64,000 bases of DNA from Cenococcum geophilum (lineage: Eukaryota): positions 26,908,001-26,972,000 of the forward strand of contig CP158635.1 of the NCBI GenBank assembly GCA_050273025.1. The letters are read 5' to 3'. Shown piece by piece: positions 1-10,470 of this stretch; the first letter of the stretch is position 1, and every line of letters starts with the position of its first letter. The notes under the pieces were generated by a model that saw nothing but the letters and a program-made list of their open reading frames with translations, was not told the origin of the DNA and did not search any database. The position numbers and the translations under genes were made by a program.

Positions 1-1
1 T

Positions 2-3000
2 GTTTCCATAGTCTTTGCAATATTTGAGCAAGAATTGCAGCGACAGTGCGAACAGCCTGGTACGGAGGGGCCATTGGAGCTGCTAGTGAACTGCACCCGC
101 TTCATATATGCTTTGGTGACCGTTTTACCTAGCAGAGTCTGGCCTTGGCTGGCCCGTAGCCGGCTTTTGGAGATTAATGGCAACGGCGGCAGTCTAGCGA
201 CCATCCTCGTTGGCACTGAAATAGTGGTCGGTCGATATGAATTCCTTATCGGATGCATACGGATATTTGAGGCACTTGTGGAAGATGCCGTCACACGTTC
301 TGTCATCCGCAAAGGAACCAGCAAAGCTATAACCCGTTTTGGTTCGGCTCCAACAGCGGGTAGTGGCTCATCGGAAAAGAACATGAGCAACACTCTCCTC
401 ATATTCGGGAGAACTCTGACAGGGATTTTCGAGAGCTCACTCAGTTGGAGATTTGGACGCATCAATGAGAAACTGGAGATACATACAAGGCTATCTGGAA
501 TATTCAACAGCATACTAAAATATGCGTATGGTTTTGATGATACAACAAAGCTATCATTCAAACTTACTGGGCTTCTGGCTCCAATAGCAGAGTACCTAGT
601 GGATCTCTTTCTCTCGACTTCACCGAACGACTTACCAACCAATCCGATCCTTAATGCCTTTGTCTCTGGAACAACCATACCTGATTCAACAATTCTAACC
701 ATCACTGTACAACTGTGGTCTCAACAAACCCAGGCAGCCCTTTCTTTCTCAAACACTCTCATCCGAGTTGGAATGTTATTGGATCGACCATGCTCACACT
801 TGGAGCAACAACTCTTCAAAGCGACACCGCTACTAGCTCGGCTGTACGCTATCGATGAATCATACAAGTCTCCAGTGGCATTACTTTTGGAGAGCCTGGT
901 ACAAAGTGCCGCAAGAGCAGATGGCGAACCGCCGTCTCTTCTTGGTCACCTTGGTTCGGAAACCGCAAAGAGTTTCCTAAATATTCTTTCTACCCTGGAC
1001 CGACCCTTGAAGAACGAAGACGTTGAAATTGACATCTGGAACTTTCTGTCAGCTGTTGTCAGCAGCAAGCAACAGTGGTTGGCCATCTATCTTCTAACGG
1101 GGACCACGCCAAGGGAATCGCTGAAGAGCAGAGGAGCGAATAGCTCATCCCAGTCGCGAGGCAAAGCTCTCTTCACTTTTGCCTTGGATGAACTCTCAAA
1201 CATCGACATCATGAAACCCCGACGGACGATTGCGATGCTCCAATTTGTTACGCTAGCTCAAAACCATTGGCCATGGGCAATGAATGATCTTCGCAAACAT
1301 CCGAAATTCATTTCCGGCCTGACAAAGTTTTTAAAAGCTTTGGAGAAGACAGACCCCAAAACCGAAACCGAAACAATAGAAAAGTGCAACGAGAATAGGA
1401 TGGCAGCACTGATCTCCGAAATCCTCGCAATGTACCTCCACAGCTCGCGTCAGATGGGCGACTATGCTGCCTCAAAAGAAATCGTCCCGAATCTCACCTA
1501 CTTAATGGATTATGGCGTATCGGTTCCTTCGTACAACTCCTCTCTCCATGCAAACCTTAAGAAAAACTTTGAGGCAAAATATCAAGGCTGTTCATTGACA
1601 AGCTTCAAACGCACGCAGATTTCCCAGGCCGAATTTGGTCGAGATTATTTTTACGACTTGGGTTTTGCGCAAAAAATCCTCGGGTTTGATTCGTCATGGA
1701 AGGGCCAGCGGAACCAGGGATTTTGCGAAGAGGTTATTCGAGCCAATCTCAATCTAAGTGTCGTAGAATCCCAAGTAATCCTTTTGAGAAGCTGGAAATT
1801 ACTCGCTGCGGAACTGAGCAATTTTGTTAGTCGAGATAGTCGCCTCGAGGAGCCTCTCACTAAAGTCACTGCCGACTGCCTTAACGCCAATGCCGAATCC
1901 AATTTGCCGCAAGCACTGTTTGGTCGTTTGATGTTATTGCGGGTAGATCTTGGGTTTGCTCTGACCCAAAAGCTAGTGGATGCAAGAGTAAAGACCCTGG
2001 AGGCTCGATCATTGTTCAGCGTTGCCTGGAGGACCGTTCGTGCCACGGGGCAAGATTTCGAAGTTGCCTTTACTGGTGAGCAGGCAGATTACTATCGGGC
2101 ATTACTGAAGATATTATTTCTGTCTCTTCGTTTCCACGTTTCGGACAGCGAACCCACTCTGGAGGATAGTAACAGGAAGCCGTTCGGAGCTTCGGTCACT
2201 ACAGACAATCGCTTGGCCAAGACAGTTGCTCCAGAACTTCTGGAAATTCTCTCGGAAGTGGTGGCAAAGGGGTTTCGCTCCCTCTCCAACCAAATCCATG
2301 AAGATCCCAAGAGTTGCCTGCCTTCAGACTTTGTGCTCCTCACTGGCTTGCTACAGACGATTCTTCGCATCCCTGACATGCGTAACCAGCGATCCCAAGT
2401 GGCACTCCAATTCTCAAACAACAGCATCAGTCGCTATGCCACAAGCCTCTTCTGCTGGTCCGATCAGCTGGCCATAGACCGAGATCCCATCTACGGCGAG
2501 TTGAGCATCCTCTTCCTGCTCGAGCTCTCCAGCATCCCCGTCATGGCCGAAACTCTTGCTGTCGAGGGCGTGCTCTCGCGGATCAACAACGCTAATCTCA
2601 TGAACTACTACCGGCGCCCGAACGGCATGGGTCCCTTCGACGAGCCACCACGTCTCTTCGCCATCTGGGCGCGCGGATTACTCCCCCTCTGCCTCAACCT
2701 TCTCTACGCCGTCGGGGCGCCTCTGGCCGCCGAAGTCGCCACGTTCCTCAACCAGTTCGCACCACAACTCGCGCGCGCTGCCGCAGGCCTCGACAGTCGC
2801 GTCGCCCCGTCCGTCGCGAACCCGAACGCGGGCCATATCACGCTCGGCATGGCGTCGGAGACGCACTCGCTGGCCCTGCTCTCCTTCATCATAGACCAGC
2901 TGCGCATTGCGGGTGCGGCGGCGGGCATCGTGGCGACTGAGCTGCCGCCGCTCGGCTGGGACAAGGCGAGCGTCAAAGAGGACATTGAGGGGTGGATGCA

Positions 3001-3172
3001 AGCGCGGCGCGGGCTGCGCGACCGCATTATGCCGACCAACGAGCGCGAGGCTGAGTGGGCGAGGATGAAACCGGCTGATGATCAGTCGATGGCGGAGAAT
3101 AGGCTCGAGGAGAGGGTGGTTGGGGAGTTGGCTGCGGCGTTGGAGTGTTTGAATGGTAACACTGTGGCGTAG
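2..3172 (+). CDS. NUP188: Nucleoporin Nup188, 5'-partial (frame open from the window edge)
   Basis: 1045+ aa helical ORF; the frame stays open back to position 2 (VSIVFAIFEQELQ...). Segments such as VWPWLARSRLL, QQWLAIYLLTG, ANLNLSVVESQVILLRSWKLLA and DPIYGELSILFLLELS, plus LFAIWARGLLPLCLNLL, resemble fungal Nup188. Confidence 0.85.
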   Translation, partial: VSIVFAIFEQELQRQCEQPGTEGPLELLVNCTRFIYALVTVLPSRVWPWLARSRLLEINGNGGSLATILVGTEIVVGRYEFLIGCIRIFEALVEDAVTRSVIRKGTSKAITRFGSAPTAGSGSSEKNMSNTLLIFGRTLTGIFESSLSWRFGRINEKLEIHTRLSGIFNSILKYAYGFDDTTKLSFKLTGLLAPIAEYLVDLFLSTSPNDLPTNPILNAFVSGTTIPDSTILTITVQLWSQQTQAALSFSNTLIRVGMLLDRPCSHLEQQLFKATPLLARLYAIDESYKSPVALLLESLVQSAARADGEPPSLLGHLGSETAKSFLNILSTLDRPLKNEDVEIDIWNFLSAVVSSKQQWLAIYLLTGTTPRESLKSRGANSSSQSRGKALFTFALDELSNIDIMKPRRTIAMLQFVTLAQNHWPWAMNDLRKHPKFISGLTKFLKALEKTDPKTETETIEKCNENRMAALISEILAMYLHSSRQMGDYAASKEIVPNLTYLMDYGVSVPSYNSSLHANLKKNFEAKYQGCSLTSFKRTQISQAEFGRDYFYDLGFAQKILGFDSSWKGQRNQGFCEEVIRANLNLSVVESQVILLRSWKLLAAELSNFVSRDSRLEEPLTKVTADCLNANAESNLPQALFGRLMLLRVDLGFALTQKLVDARVKTLEARSLFSVAWRTVRATGQDFEVAFTGEQADYYRALLKILFLSLRFHVSDSEPTLEDSNRKPFGASVTTDNRLAKTVAPELLEILSEVVAKGFRSLSNQIHEDPKSCLPSDFVLLTGLLQTILRIPDMRNQRSQVALQFSNNSISRYATSLFCWSDQLAIDRDPIYGELSILFLLELSSIPVMAETLAVEGVLSRINNANLMNYYRRPNGMGPFDEPPRLFAIWARGLLPLCLNLLYAVGAPLAAEVATFLNQFAPQLARAAAGLDSRVAPSVANPNAGHITLGMASETHSLALLSFIIDQLRIAGAAAGIVATELPPLGWDKASVKEDIEGWMQARRGLRDRIMPTNEREAEWARMKPADDQSMAENRLEERVVGELAAALECLNGNTVA

Positions 3173-4378
3173 GGATGGGTATTGGCGGAGCGTGGGCAAG
3201 GGAAGAAGGCATTGTATAGCAAAAATCGATGGCGTTGGACAATGAGGGCAGTTTGATTTTTATCTTTGTGATATCATTCCTTTTTATTTTAGTGTATCGT
3301 GCTGGTTATTTGGGAGTAGATACATGCTTAATTGCTTGTGTTTTCCTTGGGATAGCACAAGTGCAAAATGTCAGGCCATTGCTTACAAGTGAACGTCCGC
3401 AACGTGTGAGCATTGCGGATTCAGGATTTGAAAGGATCTCCAATAAAAATGGGAGGAGATTCCAATGGACTGAGCCCAAGGAAAGGACACTTGAGCTGAA
3501 CAACTCCAGCATCTCGAACGCCGGCTCCGCCCTAGACTCATCTCTGGCGCCCAATCTCGATGGCAGATAGAGTTCATGGACTGTCGGGCTGTGCGAGACG
3601 TCGTGCAGGCGCCTATGGCTGTCAAGCCATGTTGACGGGGCGCTACATCGAGACCGAAGCGTGAGTGGCATGTGCGGTCCAGGTCACAGTTCCCGTCGAT
3701 CACGGGAGAACGAATGTTTAGGGTTGCGTCACGGGGATGTTTTTCCCGGGGTCCCCATATATGGGGAGCCGTCAGGGCCCACCTGTCATCTGCATGTCAA
3801 CTGGGCATGTTTCCCCATCGGTTCAGCCTCTCAAACATGTGTTCATCGCGAACGACAGCGGCTTTTGCTTCCACCAGCCGTCCCGATGGTGTTCAAGTGA
3901 AAAGAGACCCCCTGTCCGCAAAACTCCGTGCCAAGATGGCAGAGGTGCCTTGGTACCTGGTCTTGCGTGCGCGCCGAGTGTCTGGGCAGTTGCCTTGTTT
4001 AATAAAGAATGTCACCTGTTCGCAACGGTAGCGGGAGGGGATCAAAAGTTTGGCTGCGGCGATCTGGGCCATTTCGAGCTCGCGACGCCTCCCAAAGCAT
4101 CGCTCGCCTATTGTGCCTTGCTGAAGCGAACCCCCAAACTTCCTGCTGGGTCTGGCCTACCAGCGGTGAACCAATTAATGCCCCCGTGCATAGCAATGGC
4201 AAAATGCGTAGCCATTTCTTTATATTCATCGTCTTTTTCCACTAGTCTTTCCTCACTATCCATCTCATTATCCATCCCATTATCCATCCTATTATCCATC
4301 CCATCATTCATCTCATTATTCATCTCATTTATCTTTAGCCAAGCCAAGGTTGCTTCGCCGCAAAGCCACCACAAGAAT

Positions 4379-6598
4379 ATGAACAGATCTCAAAGCAGGA
4401 ATTCAGGCCCTGAGCCCATACGCAGGGGTTTCTTTCGCAGGTCCCAGTCCATTTACCAGCTCAAGAATCCCCTTTGCTATGTCTGTCGCACTCTCGACTT
4501 CCGCTCTGAAGCCCTGTCTTCTCCTTCAAAGAATAACAAGAATATTATACTCGGTACTTACGATGATTTGCTCCAAAGGACATCATGTCAGTTCTGCCAG
4601 CTTGTCCTTCATTTGGCGCGCCGGAAAGAAGAGGCCGTGGACCTCTGTATCGTAGATCATGACGGACCATCAAAAAGAACAGAAACAAAATACGAATTAC
4701 GCAAGTTTGGAGATGCCTTTGAGATATATGACGGCTCCAGCATCCAGGGCTATATTCATCCCGCGACCAAGGATGCTTCTCCAGTACCCCCTGCCACCTC
4801 ATCAAATCTTTCTGGATCTCTACTTGACATTGGGCGTATCCGCAGCTGGATTTCGGAATGTGAGCTCAAACATGTAAACTGTGGTATCATGGAAGATTCT
4901 TTGGTCAATCGCGAGCCCCTGGACATCCTTCTGGTCGACGTGCAAAACAACTGCCTAGTCAAAGCCACCACCAGTCAACAATACGTGGCCCTAAGCTACG
5001 TCCGCAGCAACATTCGTATGTTTCATACCACGAAATCCAACTACAAGGCCTTGAGGAAAGATGGTGCATTGGACCCGCAGAAAACCAAGCTGCCCAAGGC
5101 CATTTCGGATGCCATGAGGCTAGTCGCGATGCTTGGAGAACGATATCTTTGGGTGGATTGCCTGAGCATAGTGCAGGATGATATCATGCGCAAACACGTC
5201 CAATTAAACAACATGAATAAAATCTTCGGCAACGCCTTCTTTACCATTATCTCCGCTTCGGCTACAGACGCAAATACAAGGCTACATGGCGTGGAACCTG
5301 GCACAAGACTTCCCTATGTCGTCGCGGAGACTATTCAAGGGACTTACTTTATATCACGCCCTGCAAACCTCCGAGCGCTTCTCGATCAAGGCTCCTATGG
5401 AAGCCTTGCCTGGAAATACCAAGAAAGGTTATTATCAAGAAGGTGCTTGGTCTTAACGGCCCATCAGGCATACTTCCTTTGCCTCTCCTCCGTCCACACC
5501 GACGCTACTAGCTGCAACCCCGACGCGAGCCACCCAGAGCTGGACGTGCCATCCAATCCTCTTGCAGGGATCCAGCTACGAAGAACTCTGAAGGCGAAAA
5601 CATCCCCAGACATCTTCAGCAGAGGCGGTTTCCTCCTCTACGACGAGCTCGTCCACGCCTTCACCAAGCGCGCCCTCTCCCATCCGGCAGAGCGCCTCTC
5701 TGCCTTCGCCGGCATCGGCGCCGTGCTGAAAGAAAGCTACGGAAGCGCCTTCCTCAGCGGCCTCCCCGAATCCCTCTTCGACCTCGCCCTCCTCTGGGTC
5801 TCCTCCGCCACCGACGACAGCCCCACCACCCCCTCACCCCCTCGCTCCCCGCACTTCCCCAGCTGGTCTTGGGCCAACCAACCGGGCCCCATCGCCCACG
5901 CCACTGGCCCGCTCGCCAGCGCCCTGCAGCGCGGCTCCCCGGGCCTGCAAGTCGAAACCGGGCCGATCTACCTACACAAGCCACACAGCTTCCGCCCCGT
6001 CGAGCGCCGCTACGGCGCGCTGCTCCAGCCGCCGCGCGATAGCAGCAGCAGCAGCGCCGCCGCCGCCTGTCTGCCGTCGCTCTCGCCTCCTCCGCCGCTG
6101 CTGGCACGTCGCTCGCCGGCTACGCTCTACTTCTCCGCCTGCACGGCCCGGCTTGAGCAGTTCAGCCTCCGCGCGTACGACTGGGCTGCCGGCGCCGCAC
6201 GCATGCTTGTGTATGCGATGCCGGGTGGGCGCTGCTGCGGGAAGCTGTGGCCGGATGCGGGGAGCGGGGGGGAGCTGGCTGCGTCTGCGTCTGCGTCTGC
6301 GTCTACCCCCGCTCTCGCTTCTGTTCCTGTTCCTGCTTCCGCGCCCGGTTCCGCTCCCGCGGACGGGACGCGCGAGATGGTGCTGCTGAGCCGCGCGCAT
6401 GTCGAGGGCGTCGCAAGGTACATGGACCTCGGGTACCATTTCGCGGCGGATGCGTTTCCAGATACGGAGTGGGGGCTGTTGAACGTGATGGTGGTGGAGT
6501 GGAGGGGTGGGGTTGCGGAGAGGCTTGGGGTTGGGCAGATTCATGTTGCGGCGTGGGAGGCGGTGGAGAAGGAGAGGAAGGTTGTTGTGTTGGGTTAG
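4379..6598 (+). CDS. HET-domain (heterokaryon incompatibility, PF06985-like) protein
   Basis: Motifs LCYVC/CQFCQL, IRSWISECELKH, LLVDV..CLV, YVALSYV, LPKAISDAMRLVAMLGERYLWVDCLSIVQDD, QLNNMNKIF, AWKYQERLLSRR and FPSWSWA. Start taken at ATG 4379; the upstream 214 codons of the track ORF look like UTR and include an (ATCC/ATT) repeat. Confidence 0.88.
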   Translation: MNRSQSRNSGPEPIRRGFFRRSQSIYQLKNPLCYVCRTLDFRSEALSSPSKNNKNIILGTYDDLLQRTSCQFCQLVLHLARRKEEAVDLCIVDHDGPSKRTETKYELRKFGDAFEIYDGSSIQGYIHPATKDASPVPPATSSNLSGSLLDIGRIRSWISECELKHVNCGIMEDSLVNREPLDILLVDVQNNCLVKATTSQQYVALSYVRSNIRMFHTTKSNYKALRKDGALDPQKTKLPKAISDAMRLVAMLGERYLWVDCLSIVQDDIMRKHVQLNNMNKIFGNAFFTIISASATDANTRLHGVEPGTRLPYVVAETIQGTYFISRPANLRALLDQGSYGSLAWKYQERLLSRRCLVLTAHQAYFLCLSSVHTDATSCNPDASHPELDVPSNPLAGIQLRRTLKAKTSPDIFSRGGFLLYDELVHAFTKRALSHPAERLSAFAGIGAVLKESYGSAFLSGLPESLFDLALLWVSSATDDSPTTPSPPRSPHFPSWSWANQPGPIAHATGPLASALQRGSPGLQVETGPIYLHKPHSFRPVERRYGALLQPPRDSSSSSAAAACLPSLSPPPPLLARRSPATLYFSACTARLEQFSLRAYDWAAGAARMLVYAMPGGRCCGKLWPDAGSGGELAASASASASTPALASVPVPASAPGSAPADGTREMVLLSRAHVEGVARYMDLGYHFAADAFPDTEWGLLNVMVVEWRGGVAERLGVGQIHVAAWEAVEKERKVVVLG

Positions 6599-8400
6599 AG
6601 GAGGGGGGGAGTCGGGGCTCGTGTGAGACTCACCGTGCGGTGTTCAGCGTGCGGAACTCATCGTGCCTTTGTCGGGGCCGATGGGTGGACATGGGGTCTG
6701 TGGTTCAGGTTTCTTGGGGGAGGCGTTGGACGGAGATGCTTTTGGCACAGCTGGCGGTGGTGGATATACCCTTTTGTGATGAGTTTCTGACGACGGGTTT
6801 ATGATGGTGTTGCGGCTATATACCCGTCGTTGAGTGCGGTTGCCTATTTGCGCTAATGTTTCTGGCTTGGGTCTGGATCTGTAGAGATACCCTCAACGCG
6901 CTTTCGTGTATACTGTCTAGAAGAATTACATAGATCTAAAGTTCTGCATCATTTCTCACATTTTAGTAAGCAAGTTTTATCAAAATGCCAAGACGTTGGT
7001 TGTAACCGGCTTTGCTCGTTCTAGTCTCTCGGAGGTCGGCACAGCCTGCTTCCAACGACAGCTGAAACACTCTCTGGGGGCGAAGTAGGTTTTTCCGAAA
7101 CGCGCTACTTGACGGCGCTAATCTAGAAAGACGGTCAAAAGTCTCTCGAGCCCTTGTAAACAGCCTAGCACTCTAGATAGTATGCCAAGAATTCTCGAAC
7201 GGTCGAAGAAGTGATCATGTTATGTGAAGAGAGTACCTAGTCGATTGTTGTATGGATATAATCCGATTTAGAATGGCCCAATATCACGCATCCACAGCGG
7301 TACACATTCAGCCTATTGTAAATTGGACGTTGAGCACGAGCCATGGAAGCTGATTACACTCAACTGGAGTCTAGAAGAGGCAGATGACGACTCTATTACC
7401 AGAAGGATAGTTGATGACATGATCCCGGCGGAAGATAATGCGAGATTGGCGCGTTGAAACAGAAAGGATATTATTGTATTTTCCCGACGCATGTTTCGAT
7501 ACGTTTGTGCTAAATAAGGACTCCGGTGGCTTCACGATAAGACGTTAAGCTTTCCGACGGCTTTCCCAATGACAAAGCGCCTGGGGGAAGGGCCGAATAT
7601 TCGGACCGACTCAAGGCATGTTTGAAAACACAGCCCTCGAGGCAGCCAAGTTAGAGGATATATGATTGGATATGACTGAAAGGGGCGCGTGCAAGAGTCA
7701 CCGTGATCAGGAGAATGGGAAAGGGAATGGATCGGCTAGCAGCAGGCCGGCTCGTGATTCGATGCTGATTCAGGGTCCCATAGCTCGAATGGTCTGGGGC
7801 GGCGGGTTGCGCGCGGCGAGCTAGCGTCTAGCCCTGCCGTGCCACCAACCCCGACATAACGCTGGAGAAAGGCGTCAAACGTCGGTAACAAAAGGGGACG
7901 AGAGACCAGAAGACCAAGGGACTGATAAATCAAACCCTTCCTTCACCCCCGGCACCACCTTCTGCACCACCCTCGCGCAGCATTCTTCTAAAATTCTTCC
8001 GATATGCTTCCTTGCTGCCATCTTTGTTCATTCCACTTCCCATAACGGACTCGCCGAGAGCCAGTTGAGCAGGAGGTACATCGCACCCATAGCTTGGAGG
8101 GCGATCCTCTTCGTGCAGAGACCTCGTACGTCTTTCACGCTGGCTACCGGCTTTTGTTCAGCTTCGCTCATCACCGAATCGCTTTGAGCCAACTGGGCTT
8201 TTGTGTTTCGCCTCCTGCTATTCCAAGCTCATCTCTTTTCCAGGAGAGCTGCAACGTGCAGGGAACCATCTGCATCCTGCAAGCTGGCCGCATCGCACTT
8301 TCAGAATCCCGCATCGCTTGGACCACCTACTCACGATTCAGGGCAGAGCCCGTAACATGTCTCCGCTGAGATTGCTATTTACTGCCGTGCCACACTCGCA

Positions 8401-9447
8401 ATGAACTCCTCCACCTCCACCTCCCATTCTGAGATCGACAATCTTCCTGAACAGCTCCACGACATGGTCTCAATCTCCACCTCCTCCAATTCATCCGACG
8501 AGACGAACGACAGAATTACTCGCGAGCTGAGAGAAGAGCCAGATGAGCTGCCTCACCTTCACCAGCCGCGTCCTTCAACGCCCAGGAGCCAGACAGATCC
8601 GACACCTGACGTCTTTCACACTTCCCTCTACCCGCGATCACGAAACCGCTCTCCATACTCTCGTAGCCACCTTCGCTCGCATTCTAACTCTAGCTCACTG
8701 AGTGCCCCTCTCATGACACGAGCACACTCGCTTCCAACGGTCATAAACCCTTCCGTACATGTCTCGCCGTCGCCAGCTGGTCGGTCCTCCAGTCCATTGC
8801 GTTCGCCAATCCGCGCTCGCAGTCCTCTAAGAGGTTCGGAAGATACCTATCTACATTCGAGAGCGCCTAGCGTATGCGACATTTCGGAGGACGCTGAACT
8901 GGAGCTTACACCAAGGCCTGGGCAAGATCGCGTTATACACAGCTCTCCTGTACTCTCGGTTACACACGGCAACACACTCCCACGCAGCAGACGACGCCCT
9001 GCATCTCCACTCTACCAAGTGTCAACCGTGCCGTTTGGCTCGACAAGCACCCCCAATTCCACACATTCTTCGCCACTTCTGTCAGCAACAAAATTCAACG
9101 AGCCATTCCCGGTGAATTTGCAATACCCTGGGTCCTTCTTATCATCTTCGGTTCCTTCCACGCCGACCTCGACCCGTTCCCGCAGCCCCAGTATTTCTAG
9201 TCTTGAGACGATACCCGATACTCCGGATGCAGAGGAAGCAGCCCTCGAGGCAGACAAGCTTGCAAAACTCAAGGCTGCAGCAGATGCAGAGAAAAGCGGC
9301 AGTGACCCACTGAGGAGAAGCAGTCTTGACGTTCCAACTGGTCGCACGCTCGGTTTTGGAAAGAGGGACGCACGTAAGCGATGGAGCGTGTGCGGTGCCG
9401 AAAGGCGCGGGGACTTGGATCTGGAGACGATTTGGGAGGACAAATGA
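8401..9447 (+). CDS. Conserved Ser/Pro/Arg-rich, probably disordered fungal protein
   Basis: 348-aa intronless ORF with SVPSTPTSTRSRSPSISSLETIPDTPDAEEAA and a C-terminal KRWSVCGAERRGDLDLETIWED, resembling a Pezizomycotina hypothetical family. Confidence 0.8.
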   Translation: MNSSTSTSHSEIDNLPEQLHDMVSISTSSNSSDETNDRITRELREEPDELPHLHQPRPSTPRSQTDPTPDVFHTSLYPRSRNRSPYSRSHLRSHSNSSSLSAPLMTRAHSLPTVINPSVHVSPSPAGRSSSPLRSPIRARSPLRGSEDTYLHSRAPSVCDISEDAELELTPRPGQDRVIHSSPVLSVTHGNTLPRSRRRPASPLYQVSTVPFGSTSTPNSTHSSPLLSATKFNEPFPVNLQYPGSFLSSSVPSTPTSTRSRSPSISSLETIPDTPDAEEAALEADKLAKLKAAADAEKSGSDPLRRSSLDVPTGRTLGFGKRDARKRWSVCGAERRGDLDLETIWEDK

Positions 9448-10470
9448 AACACATTGTGAGAGCATCAATGGTTTCACCAACGCGTCATCATTTGACTTGG
9501 TTCCAACTCGTGCAGTTGGCGAAAACTTTTTTTTCCTAAAGTCGAATCTTTTAATCATCATGATTCCCCTTCTTTGCATGGTAAAGGAATTGTATTGGCA
9601 TCGACTTGGAGTTAGCGAGTTTTAGTCTTAATTAACTTTGGCGAGTCATTGGCATCGTTCTCTTCAGAACGTCAGGAAGGAGGATTCTAGGCGTTTGACG
9701 AATTGGCGACGGCATTTGAACGGCTATCACGATACCCAGTCATGGTGTCTAACTAGGTGCATAAAGCATCTAATAGTATGCGAGATTGCGAGAATGGCCT
9801 AAGTTCAAGCTTATTAGCTAGCTAGGCAGATCAACAAATAGAACATATAAGTCACTGTAAGACAGGCTTTCATTAATTCCGCGTTGATTGGGTCTATCCT
9901 TGGTGTTGCAGAATTTCTAGTTTGACTTCCAGCCTCGCTGGTGTCACGTGGATGGGAGCTTGAGTAAATGTTCTCCTACTTCTCTGAGAGTAGTTTCAAG
10001 CTTCTGAAGCACGATAGCCTTTCCTTATGTGCTCTCTTAGTGAGCCTTTCTTGTAGATCTCTAACTGGCTCCAGAATTTCGCCACCACAGCCTGGACAAC
10101 TCCATCCTATATGCTCCTTCGAGCTCCTATACTAATGCTAAGTCGATTTGTATATCCAGACTACTTCTCTTCTATAAGGAGTCTTCCAGTTCCTCTTCCT
10201 TATCCTGCTTGCGTTCGTCTAGAGACGTCCCGCGTCCACCAAACCCCGTTTACTCAGCTCCGCCATCCCCACCTGTTCACGAAATGTGCAAATTTCATTC
10301 ACTCCGTTTCACTCGACGCCCACCCAAACCAAAAAAACAGACGCGATAGGACGCCATGTCTTTCTTCTCGCACACAACACACCTCTCCATTTCTGCACCC
10401 ACGTTCGTTACAGCACGTGCTACTATTACGGTCGCTCCTACCGCTCTACGAATTGCCCTGGCAGGAGAGA

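Noticed and set aside
1..11. CATAG as an intron acceptor before NUP188
   Set aside because: The frame is open and protein-like through it, so no intron is needed.
3737..4378. 214-aa N-terminal extension of the HET ORF with an apparent TM segment
   Set aside because: The hydrophobic SLSIPLSI run is a translated ATCC/ATT simple repeat; probably UTR, though not excluded.
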